Shown in pieces: positions 1 through 7,429 of a stretch of 64,000 nucleotides of DNA. The notes beneath the pieces were generated by a model. That model was given only the letters and a program-made list of their open reading frames with translations. It was not told where the DNA came from and did no database searches. The position numbers and the translations under genes are program-made. Position 1 is the stretch's first letter. Each line of letters starts with the position of its first letter. This DNA comes from Minisyncoccota bacterium (GTDB lineage: Bacteria > Patescibacteriota > Minisyncoccia > Minisyncoccales > JAQTPW01), in assembly GCA_028712565.1 (NCBI GenBank), contig JAQTPW010000002.1:99601-163600 (forward strand), given 5' to 3'.

Positions 1-51
1 CTATAACCCCCGCGATGTAAACGCGATGCTCTACCATTGAGCTAGTCGTCC
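1..51 (-). tRNA. tRNA-Val(UAC), 5' portion only (gene runs off window start)
   Basis: Reverse complement reads GGACGAC-UA-GCUC-AAUGGUA-GAGC-A-UCGCG-UUUACAU-CGCGG: acceptor strand, D arm and anticodon arm (anticodon UAC). The T arm lies outside the window. Confidence 0.8.
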
Positions 52-473
52 ATTTTTTCCATCAGGAAAGCATCGTCTCCGTTTTTGTAATAATTTTTAA
101 TTTCCTTTACAATCTTAAAGCCCAAATTTTTATAAAAATCTACAGCTTTTTTGTTCCAAGTTCTAGTACGAAGGAATATTTTTTTAACTCCAGACCTCTT
201 AAATCTTTTCGTTAAAGAAATTAAAAGTTTTGTTCCAACCCCCTTTTTTCTAAAGTCTTTTTGAACTGCCAGAGATATAATTTTCCCAAGATTATTTTTT
301 GTTTTCCCGATTATATAACCTACTACCTTTTCTTTTTCTATAGCTACAATAAAACTTTCCGAATCCTGAATTTTTTCTAGATAGGATTTAGATAATGGAT
401 CAATAAGCGAACTTTCCATAATTTCTGCAATTCTATCTAAATCAGAAATTTCAAAATCTCGAAAGTTTATCAT
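42..473 (-). CDS. GNAT family N-acetyltransferase (RimI-like)
   Basis: ORF track 42..506. GNAT-type core (VVGYIIG...ISLAVQKDFRKKGVGTKLL). I moved the start to the ATG at 473 (MINFRDFEISD) because the 11 upstream codons overlap the tRNA-like gene at 480-563. The stop overlaps the tRNA-Val 5' end by about 10 nt. Confidence 0.8.
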   Translation of the reverse strand: MINFRDFEISDLDRIAEIMESSLIDPLSKSYLEKIQDSESFIVAIEKEKVVGYIIGKTKNNLGKIISLAVQKDFRKKGVGTKLLISLTKRFKRSGVKKIFLRTRTWNKKAVDFYKNLGFKIVKEIKNYYKNGDDAFLMEKMDD

Positions 474-479
474 AACGGG

Positions 480-563
480 TGGGCGGGGAGGGACTTGCAC
501 CCTCACGCCATAAATGGCCTGCGCCCCTCAAACGCAGCTGTCTGCTAATTTCAGCACTCGCCC
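480..563 (-). tRNA. tRNA-Leu(GAG)-like, type II cloverleaf with non-canonical D and T loops
   Basis: The minus strand folds as GGGCGAG-UG-CUG-AAAUUAGCAGA-CAG-C-UGCGU-UUGAGGG-GCGCA-GGCCAUUUAUGGCGU-GAGGG-UGCAAGU-CCCUC-CCCGCCC-A (84 nt). Anticodon is GAG and the variable arm is a long hairpin. Deviations: one A6:C67 mismatch, no G18G19 in the D loop, and G instead of U at position 55. Confidence 0.5.
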
Positions 564-1205
564 GTTTCGTTTATTATCAATTTTAATTGCGTTTTTTATT
601 TTGTTATATTTTCTTTCTAAGCAGGGTAAATTTTTTCTGTGATACATTCTTGAAAACAATATTCGGGATTCCTTCTTGGCATAACATAAATTCCAAACAC
701 CTTTAGATTTTTTTATACGTCCTTTTATACCCAAAATTTTTTCACTAGTATTTCTAAGCCATTCGAGATAAGTTAAACTGCTCGAATAAAAAGAAATATA
801 AATCATAAAACTGCTTTTCCATCGTGGATCCCAGTAATTGTAGGTGCACCCATCTCCATCGAAGAAGCCCCTCAAAAAATCAGCAAAAAATTTTCCAGGT
901 ATTTTTATTTTTCCTAAAGTTTTACTTTTCTTTGGTGTTAATCCTATAGATAAGAGCCAGTTGTATAATTTTACATTACCAAACTGAATGCGCGGATATT
1001 TTTTTTCAGAAAAACCACTATTTTTAAAACCAATCTTATTTTTTAGTCCTAGACAATTTTTAAATGTGTTTATGAGCTGGAGGTCCTTCGAAGTAAAATC
1101 AATATGCCGTCCATCTTTAGAAAGACTGCCATCGGTAGATATTAAACCGATAACATAGGCAAGATTCGATGACCATTTAATTTCCCCCTCTTTTTTAAAT
1201 TCCAT
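528..1205 (-). CDS. LAGLIDADG family homing endonuclease (two-motif, free-standing)
   Basis: Two LAGLIDADG motifs are present: LAYVIGLISTDGSL and FLRGFFDGDGCT. The last 12 codons and the TGA stop lie inside the 5' half and anticodon loop of the tRNA-Leu-like gene. Confidence 0.85.
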   Translation of the reverse strand: MEFKKEGEIKWSSNLAYVIGLISTDGSLSKDGRHIDFTSKDLQLINTFKNCLGLKNKIGFKNSGFSEKKYPRIQFGNVKLYNWLLSIGLTPKKSKTLGKIKIPGKFFADFLRGFFDGDGCTYNYWDPRWKSSFMIYISFYSSSLTYLEWLRNTSEKILGIKGRIKKSKGVWNLCYAKKESRILFSRMYHRKNLPCLERKYNKIKNAIKIDNKRNGRVLKLADSCV

Positions 1206-1225
1206 TCTTTAATTCTATCAAATCT

Positions 1226-1271
1226 GGAAAATTCTCAAAGTGTACGTGTCTGCCACGTCCGCGCTTGAGAA
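1226..1271 (-). terminator. Hairpin plus U-tract directly after the rplS stop; contains a tRNA-Leu 5'-fragment-like sequence
   Basis: Minus strand reads UUCUCAAG-CGCGG-ACGUG-GCAGA-CACGU-ACA-CUUUGAGAA-UUUUCC. The inner sequence GCGGACGUGG..CAGACAC matches the 5' end of tRNA-Leu(CAG) at 58450 (10 + 7 nt) with a 9-nt D-loop deletion. Confidence 0.55.
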
Positions 1272-1649
1272 TTATTTATTTTCTTTTGCAGGCGTTTCGG
1301 GAATTTCCTCTCTCTTTAATCTGGCTCTCTTTCCTTTTGCAGTTCTCAAATAATAAAGCTTTGCTCTTCTGGCTTTTCCTCTTTTTACTATCTCCATTTT
1401 CAGGATAGTTGGAGAATGGATTGGGAATACTTTTTCTACCCCAACTCCGGAAATCACTCTTCTTGCTGTAATAGTTGAAGAGATTCCTTTTCCATGTTTT
1501 CTAGCCAAAATCATTCCCTCAAAATCCTGAACCTTTTCCTTTCCTCCCTCCGTCACTTTTTGAGAAATCAAAACCGTGTCCCCGGGCTTTATTTCGGGCA
1601 GGTTCTTTTTTATCTGAAGATTATTAAAATTTTCTATTTTGTTTGCCAT
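1272..1649 (-). CDS. rplS: 50S ribosomal protein L19
   Basis: 125 aa. Typical L19 sequence (PGDTV...QDFEGMILARKHGKGISSTITARRV...GVEKVFPIHSP). Confidence 0.95.
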   Translation of the reverse strand: MANKIENFNNLQIKKNLPEIKPGDTVLISQKVTEGGKEKVQDFEGMILARKHGKGISSTITARRVISGVGVEKVFPIHSPTILKMEIVKRGKARRAKLYYLRTAKGKRARLKREEIPETPAKENK

Positions 1650-1659
1650 ATTTTTAATT

Positions 1660-2280
1660 TTAATTTAAATTTTTTAATGATTCCCGAAGGTCTTCCGGAA
1701 GTTCTGATTTAAATTCGCAAGCTTTGCCATTTGGCAAGGTTATTCTTAAATTACTTGCGTGCAGAAACTGCCTTTTTAAACCTCCCGGCCCCTTCTGATT
1801 TTTAAAGCTATAAAGCTTGTCTCCGGCAATGGGATGTCCCAAATAGGACAGATGCGCTCTGATTTGGTGTTTTCTGCCGGTTTTGGGCTCAACCTCAATC
1901 AAATCATAATTTTCAAATCTTTGCAATAATTTAAAATGGGTAATTGCTAATCTTTTATCTCCGGCCTCCGGCTCATTTTGAAGATAAACCTTCTGTTTTC
2001 TTCTATCTCCCGGAGATCTGCCAAGCAAGGTTTCGATATTCCCCTCGTCTCTATTTAGATGACCCACAATAAGAGCTATATATTTCTTTTCTGTTTTTCT
2101 TTCTTCGAATTGTTTTTGCAAAAACTCAAGGGCTTTTTCATTTTTTGCTACTACTAAAACTCCTGAAGTATCTTTATCTAACCTGTGAGCCCGAAGAGGG
2201 AAATCGTCAGAATTTATTCCTGCAGGTTTGTCATAAACCACCAAATCGTCGTCTTCGTAAATTATTTTTAATTTTTCCAT
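1660..2280 (-). CDS. RluA-family pseudouridine synthase (no S4 domain)
   Basis: Catalytic motif HRLDKDTSGVLVVAK and the C-terminal KHQIRAHL motif. Confidence 0.85.
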   Translation of the reverse strand: MEKLKIIYEDDDLVVYDKPAGINSDDFPLRAHRLDKDTSGVLVVAKNEKALEFLQKQFEERKTEKKYIALIVGHLNRDEGNIETLLGRSPGDRRKQKVYLQNEPEAGDKRLAITHFKLLQRFENYDLIEVEPKTGRKHQIRAHLSYLGHPIAGDKLYSFKNQKGPGGLKRQFLHASNLRITLPNGKACEFKSELPEDLRESLKNLN

Positions 2281-2319
2281 TTTAATTTAACAATAGTTTA
2301 TCCTGAACTTGTCGAAGAG

Positions 2320-2391
2320 TGGGCGGTATAGGGGTCGAACCTATAACCTCATACACGTCAAGTACGCGCTCTGCCATTGAGCTAACCGCCC
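2320..2391 (-). tRNA. tRNA-Val(GAC)
   Basis: GGGCGGU-UA-GCUC-AAUGGCA-GAGC-G-CGUAC-UUGACGU-GUAUG-AGGUU-AUAGG-UUCGACC-CCUAU-ACCGCCC-A. The overlapping ORF 2282..2512 is spurious. Confidence 0.9.
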
Positions 2392-2547
2392 AGATAGATG
2401 TGATATACCATTTTTTTAGCGAAATTTCAATATAAAAAAATAAGCCCTTTTGGCTTAAATCTATATAGGACGTAAATAAATTTTCTGCGGAAAATTTACA
2501 CGTCCCTACCACGTGAATAATTTTGCCAAGACAAAATTATTTTTACG

Positions 2548-2622
2548 TGGTGCGCGTGGAAGGAGTCGAGCCTTCTACCTCCTCTTTATAAGAGAGGCGT
2601 TCTACCGGTGAACTACACGCGC
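2548..2622 (-). tRNA. tRNA-Ile(UAU) with encoded CCA
   Basis: GCGCGUG-UA-GUUC-ACCGGUA-GAAC-G-CCUCU-CUUAUAA-AGAGG-AGGUA-GAAGG-CUCGACU-CCUUC-CACGCGC-A-CCA. Anticodon loop CUUAUAA gives anticodon UAU. The T loop begins with C (CUCGACU) rather than U. Confidence 0.8.
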
Positions 2623-3284
2623 CTTTTATTATAATTGTCAGCGAATACTTTTAAACTCATTATTACTCTCTCGGCCAATCTCGAATTGCCGAATCTCATA
2701 TTGCATGTCCCGTGTCCAAATCCGCCCTTGTGATTTATCCTGTTCTTCGATGTTTTTTTAATGTATGGTTTTGTGAATTGGCTGAAAGGAATTTCTAATA
2801 TTTCTGACCAATAGTTGACCTCTTCTTTTATATTCATATCATTGTATAATTGAAGTTGTATTTGTAGTCTTTCTTTCGGCACTTTCATTGATTTAGTAAG
2901 CCAAGCTACAAAAAATTTTATAATACTTGGATCGGTGTTTGAAATTGAAAGGCTTGTTTGATTTTTTGCTCCTTCGCCCCAATAAAGGAATAAGCCGGCT
3001 AATATAAACTCCCGTTTGGTTAGAGGAAGAAGTTTGGTTTTTTGCTCATTATAATATTGTTTAAGTCTTGTTTCATGCTTCCTCCGCATTGTTTCTCTAT
3101 ACCTTTCTATTCTTTGTTCGTTCCAGTCACGAAGTTCTCTTATTCTTTGTTTTGATAGGGGATAATCTTTCAACCAAAGACTAAGGGTGCTTTTACTCAA
3201 ATTTAGGATTTGTTTAATTTGGCTATAGCTCATCCCCTTCTTTCTCAGGGATAGCGCTTTCTCTCTGTCTTTTAATCTTGCCAT
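2613..3284 (-). CDS. HTH-domain protein with LAGLIDADG-like core (putative homing-endonuclease-like)
   Basis: N-terminal HTH-like segment (LRKKGMSYSQIKQILNLSKSTLSLWLK). It is followed by ILAGLFLYWGEGAK...SLSISNTDPSIIKFFVAWL, which resembles a single LAGLIDADG motif. Paralog of the 19757..20450 gene. The stop overlaps the tRNA-Ile 5' end by 10 nt. Confidence 0.55.
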   Translation of the reverse strand: MARLKDREKALSLRKKGMSYSQIKQILNLSKSTLSLWLKDYPLSKQRIRELRDWNEQRIERYRETMRRKHETRLKQYYNEQKTKLLPLTKREFILAGLFLYWGEGAKNQTSLSISNTDPSIIKFFVAWLTKSMKVPKERLQIQLQLYNDMNIKEEVNYWSEILEIPFSQFTKPYIKKTSKNRINHKGGFGHGTCNMRFGNSRLAERVIMSLKVFADNYNKRRV

Positions 3285-3330
3285 AGTTGAGCCTTAAATT
3301 GGATATTGCTTAGAATGTAATTGTTGGTTC

Positions 3331-3359
3331 ATTATAGCGAGAATGGCTTTTAAGAGCAA
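3331..3359 (-). promoter_or_regulatory. Sigma-70-type promoter for the 2613..3284 gene
   Basis: Minus strand reads TTGCTC-17 nt-TATAAT. Confidence 0.5.
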
Positions 3360-3388
3360 GTGATTTTTTTATATCGCAACATCGGTTA

Positions 3389-5341
3389 TTAAAATTGTCT
3401 GACTTTAACTTTGATAGATTTTTCTTTTTTTGTCAAAGGTTTGGAAGGGTTTTTTGCGATAACTTTTTGGGGTTTGGCGGACTCATTTTTTCCTTTCATT
3501 ATTGCGTCAAATTCTTCTTTTTCAATTGTTTCTTTTTCAACTAGGGTTTTGGCAATTTTTTCCAGTAGCTGCTTCCTTTTTGCTAAAATATTTTGAGCAG
3601 TATTTTCTGCATCTTTTATTATTTTTTCAACCTCTTTATCAATTTGGGAGGCAACTTTTTCAGAATAATTTCTGACTTCGCCAAATTCTTGTCCCAAAAA
3701 TAAAGATTCTTCTCTTTCCCCAAAAGCAATCGGTCCTAATTTTGACATCCCATATACTTTTACCAGCTTTCTTGCCAACGCAGAAGCTTTTTCCAAATCA
3801 TTTGCCGCGCCAGTCGTAATATCCCCGAATTTTAATTTTTCTGCATAGTACCCGCCCAATAAAGTTGAAATTTCTGATAAAAATTCTTTTTTCGTTTTTA
3901 TTTTTCTTTCTTCGGCCGGCATTTTCAAGGTATATCCCGCTGCCATGCCTCTGGCGACAATTGAAACCTTTCGCACGGGTTCAGAATCAGGGAGCGAAGA
4001 AGAAACTAAGGCATGGCCTGCTTCGTGATAAGCGGCAATTTCCTTTTCTTTTTTTGATAAAATATGGCTTTTTCTTTCGGGCCCCAATAATACTTTTTCA
4101 ATTGATTCCAAAAATTCTTCCTGAAATATTTGATGTTTATTCCTACGGGCTGCCAAAAGCGCAGCTTCGTTAGCCAAATTTGCCAAATCTGCTCCGGAAA
4201 ATCCAGGAGTTCTTTCAGAAATTTCCCGCAGATTCACATTCAAAGCCAAAGGTTTGCCCTTGCAATGGATCTTTAAAATTTCTTCCCTGTCATTGACATC
4301 AGGCAAATCCAAAACAATTCTTCTGTCAAACCTGCCTGGCCTCAATAGCGCCGGATCCAAAACGTCAGGCCTGTTAGTAGCGGCAATTACGACCCTGCCG
4401 TCGTCTCTTTCAAAGCCATCCATTTCAGCCAAAATTTGGTTTAGGGTCTGTTCTCTTTCTTCATGGCCGCCGGTTACCCCCATTCCTCTTACTCTTCCTA
4501 TGCTGTCAATTTCATCAATAAAAATTATCGCTCGAGTGGCCCTTTTTGCCTGAGAAAAAAGATCACGAACTCTGCTTGCTCCTACTCCTACAAACAATTC
4601 AATAAATTCAGAGCCGGAAATCGAAAAGAAGGGCACACTCGCTTCATTAGCTATTGCTTTTGCCAAAAGCGTTTTCCCGGTTCCCGGAGGGCCTACCAAT
4701 AAAACTCCTTTTGGAATTCTAGCTCCAATTTGCAGATATTTTTTCGGATTTTTTAAAAAGTCCACTACTTCTTCCAATTCCTGCTTTGCCTCTTTCAACC
4801 CCGCCACGTCTTTGAAAGTAATTTTTTCTTTTGGTTGGCCATCTGCTCCAAATAATCTAGCTCGGGCTTTTGTAAAATCAAATGCCTGCATTGCATTCCC
4901 TTTTGCCTGTCTGAAAATCATCATAAAAAATATTATAAAAAAGACTATCGGCAAAACATAAATTAATACAGGCCCTAGCCAGCTCCAGACGCTAGTTGTC
5001 GCGGCAACGCCAATGTTGACACTGCTTAATTTCGCCGGATCAACTTCTAAATCATTTAATGTTTGAGTCAGCCCGACGCCGCTTTCTTTTAATGATTTTA
5101 CCTGGGTATTGTCTTGATAGGTAATTGTTAGGTTGTCTCCAGAGATAGTTATTGATTTAATTTTCCCTTGGTTGATTTCTTGGACAACCTGGCTAATGTT
5201 TATTTCTTTTAATTGCTGCGATCTTGAGAATAAACTGAAAATCGCAGAAATTATCAGAAAAATTATTAATATAAAAATAAAATTTTTAAATAGGGTTTTC
5301 ATATGCTCTTTTAAAATACCATAAATTTTCTGAAAATTCAA
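3389..5341 (-). CDS. ftsH: ATP-dependent zinc metalloprotease FtsH
   Basis: 650 aa. N-terminal TM segments, Walker [12 protein letters not shown] region and zinc motif HEAGHAL. Confidence 0.97.
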   Translation of the reverse strand: MNFQKIYGILKEHMKTLFKNFIFILIIFLIISAIFSLFSRSQQLKEINISQVVQEINQGKIKSITISGDNLTITYQDNTQVKSLKESGVGLTQTLNDLEVDPAKLSSVNIGVAATTSVWSWLGPVLIYVLPIVFFIIFFMMIFRQAKGNAMQAFDFTKARARLFGADGQPKEKITFKDVAGLKEAKQELEEVVDFLKNPKKYLQIGARIPKGVLLVGPPGTGKTLLAKAIANEASVPFFSISGSEFIELFVGVGASRVRDLFSQAKRATRAIIFIDEIDSIGRVRGMGVTGGHEEREQTLNQILAEMDGFERDDGRVVIAATNRPDVLDPALLRPGRFDRRIVLDLPDVNDREEILKIHCKGKPLALNVNLREISERTPGFSGADLANLANEAALLAARRNKHQIFQEEFLESIEKVLLGPERKSHILSKKEKEIAAYHEAGHALVSSSLPDSEPVRKVSIVARGMAAGYTLKMPAEERKIKTKKEFLSEISTLLGGYYAEKLKFGDITTGAANDLEKASALARKLVKVYGMSKLGPIAFGEREESLFLGQEFGEVRNYSEKVASQIDKEVEKIIKDAENTAQNILAKRKQLLEKIAKTLVEKETIEKEEFDAIMKGKNESAKPQKVIAKNPSKPLTKKEKSIKVKVRQF

Positions 5342-5353
5342 TTAAAAAAAATC

Positions 5354-5396
5354 AAAAAAAAACAGGCGCTGGAGGATAATAATTATCACAGCGCCT
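5354..5396 (-). terminator. Rho-independent terminator (bidirectional shape) after the 5455..6645 gene
   Basis: AGGCGCUG...CAGCGCCU stem, flanked by an A-run on one side and a T-run on the other. Confidence 0.7.
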
Positions 5397-5454
5397 TTTT
5401 TCGCTACAATTCTTAGGGTAAGGGCAAATAGTAGGGAATCAAGTAAGGTATAGG

Positions 5455-6645
5455 TTAGGTATTGGCAAGTTTGTTAAGTCCCGTTTCGGTTGAGAATAGC
5501 TTACGGGAGTTGTCAGTTGTCTTGCCATACATGGCTCGAAGGAATCTTTGCAATGGTTGAGGAATGCCCTCAAATTTTTCCCGCTCCGTGTATGGTTCCT
5601 GGCAATTTTGCACCCAGTCCTCTAGATGCTTTGGTATTCCTCGGATTTGGATGCATTTAATTCCGTTTTGCTCCGTCCGCTCCATCAACAGAACCGGGCG
5701 CGAAATCCAGATTTCTTTGCCATCGGGCAGTAGGTCTTGCCAGGCCTCTTCAAAGTCAAGCAGACACATGCCAATTTTCTTTTCAATAAAGAAATCATTG
5801 GCAGTCAGTTTTGCCTGAAATTTGGCTTTGCTAATCCATCTGTCAAACGCTATTCCGCGCTTGACTAGGTGCCAAAACATCTGGGTTTTGGCATTTTTTT
5901 CAGTTTTTTCGGTTAATGTTGGGGGATTAGTCCAGCTCAGGGACCGAGTTGAAATTTTTACTCCGAGTTTGGCAGCTTCGGAAACTTCATTTACGATTTT
6001 GCTGCTACCGATTATTTCAACCGGGGCTAAGTAGCCGGATTCTGATTTTACAATCAGCACGCCGCCAGCCCGCCATCTTGGCCCGAGGCCGGTAGTGAAT
6101 TTTTCCGGAGGCACAAACAGGTTTAGTTGCCCTTCTTTCCCAGCCAACATATCGTTGACTGACAAAGTGGCGACCTGCTCCAAAACCTTGCGGACTTGCC
6201 TTTTGAAAACCTCGAATTGGCGGTTTATTTCCGCAAGATCCTCCTCTTCAAAAAAAGATTCTGCAGAAACTGTGTAGCTCTTGCCAAGGACGGTCAAAGT
6301 GCCCTTTGGGTCCTCCAGGAAGAGCTTTTCTGAAACCATAAAAGCAATGGTTTCTTCCACCTCTTTCTTTGAAGAAAACTCACGAAACAGGTTAAAGCTT
6401 ATTAGGGCTTTCCACACTTCTCGGCGCACGGTGGGATTTTCATGGAATTTATTGCTTTCCAGGCAAGCGCGCGCTGCTTGAATTTTTTCTCGTAGTCTTT
6501 CCCGAGTAGCGCGATTTTCGCCACTCGTCATTTCGAGAAATGCTATGGCCGATTGGACCTCGGCGGATTTTTGCCGGGCGTCCTTCTCGTCAGCTGTCCC
6601 CTCCTCCCGTGCTTTTTGGATCAAAGAAAAATCAAATGTGGTCAT
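5455..6645 (-). CDS. Hypothetical protein, 396 aa, no family recognised; compositionally atypical
   Basis: ORF track 5455..6663 (TTG start). I prefer the ATG at 6645, which is preceded by GAGAAGGAGGATTCTT (strong SD, unlike most genes here). Visibly higher GC than its neighbours. It has its own consensus promoter and terminator. Confidence 0.8.
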   Translation of the reverse strand: MTTFDFSLIQKAREEGTADEKDARQKSAEVQSAIAFLEMTSGENRATRERLREKIQAARACLESNKFHENPTVRREVWKALISFNLFREFSSKKEVEETIAFMVSEKLFLEDPKGTLTVLGKSYTVSAESFFEEEDLAEINRQFEVFKRQVRKVLEQVATLSVNDMLAGKEGQLNLFVPPEKFTTGLGPRWRAGGVLIVKSESGYLAPVEIIGSSKIVNEVSEAAKLGVKISTRSLSWTNPPTLTEKTEKNAKTQMFWHLVKRGIAFDRWISKAKFQAKLTANDFFIEKKIGMCLLDFEEAWQDLLPDGKEIWISRPVLLMERTEQNGIKCIQIRGIPKHLEDWVQNCQEPYTEREKFEGIPQPLQRFLRAMYGKTTDNSRKLFSTETGLNKLANT

Positions 6646-6697
6646 AAGAATCCTCCTTCTCAAAACCTTCCCTATTAAATTGTAGCGAACTATCGTT

Positions 6698-6725
6698 ATT
6701 ATATAGGAAATGCGTAATTTGTCAA
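6698..6725 (-). promoter_or_regulatory. Near-consensus sigma-70 promoter of the 5455..6645 gene
   Basis: Minus strand reads TTGACA-16 nt-TATAAT (gttcTTGACAaattacgcatttcctaTATAATaac). Confidence 0.65.
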
Positions 6726-6727
6726 GA

Positions 6728-6753
6728 ACAAAAAACAGCGGTGAATCCGCTGT
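6728..6753 (-). terminator. Rho-independent terminator after the NYN gene
   Basis: Minus strand reads ACAGCGG-AUUCA-CCGCUGU followed by UUUUUUG. Confidence 0.7.
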
Positions 6754-6760
6754 AGAATTT

Positions 6761-7279
6761 TTATTCTTGGCTGGAAAGAATATAAATCATTTTTTCTTTT
6801 GTATTTGGTTTTCTGTTTATGTGAGGTATCAGATTACTAGACAAGGATTCCAAATCGCTGGAAATGATTCCAGTGTCCAATCCATGAAGGGAGGCTTCTT
6901 TGAGCAAAGTTTCAAAATCACTATCTCCGCTGCCTAAGAAAAAATGAGTAATGGCTGGCATTTCAGATATCATTTTTTCTCCTAGTTTTATAATGATCTC
7001 ATCGGTCGTATCTTTTTCTTGCCCGTCTTTTGTTTTTACTTTTGGGCAGACAATTAAGAAAAAGTTTTCTTTATAAAGCGTCTCCCCAAATGTAATTTGG
7101 GTTTGGTAGGGGGCAAAAACAAACACTCCAATAATTTCTCCAATTTCTTTGGCAATTTGCCGCAAGGCTTTGTTAAGTTCATCTATGAATGACGGACGGG
7201 AAAATTTGAAATTAATGAAAAGATTATCAAAGTCCAAAAATATAAGCACTCTGTTTCTCTTTACTTTTTTATTAAACAT
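6761..7279 (-). CDS. NYN/LabA-like (PIN-related) domain protein
   Basis: VLIFLDFDNL near the N-terminus and FFLGSGDSDFETLL later match the acidic-residue pattern of NYN/LabA (DUF88) nucleases. This is recognition by motif only. Confidence 0.6.
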   Translation of the reverse strand: MFNKKVKRNRVLIFLDFDNLFINFKFSRPSFIDELNKALRQIAKEIGEIIGVFVFAPYQTQITFGETLYKENFFLIVCPKVKTKDGQEKDTTDEIIIKLGEKMISEMPAITHFFLGSGDSDFETLLKEASLHGLDTGIISSDLESLSSNLIPHINRKPNTKEKMIYILSSQE

Positions 7280-7380
7280 TTTTCTTTCCTTCTCTCAAAA
7301 AAATGATTTTAATGTACAACTAAAGCTATTCAGAAGATACAATAAAATTACTATTTTGTCAAGAAAAAACTAGATAAATC

Positions 7381-7403
7381 AAAAAACGGCGGTGCGCGCC
7401 GTT
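7381..7403 (-). terminator. Rho-independent terminator after the S1-domain gene
   Basis: Minus strand reads AACGGCG-CGCAC-CGCCGUU followed by UUUUUGAUUU. Confidence 0.7.
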
Positions 7404-7429
7404 AAATTTTTCCTATTATTTTTGATAAA

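Noticed and set aside
480-1271. Reading the LAGLIDADG ORF as the ORF of a group I intron that splits one tRNA-Leu (5' exon at 1241-1271, 3' exon at 480-530).
   Set aside because: The upstream fragment's acceptor strand (GCGGACG) is not complementary to the downstream 3' acceptor strand (CCCGCCC). The downstream sequence already forms a complete cloverleaf on its own. I could not see any group I core (P3-P7) elements.
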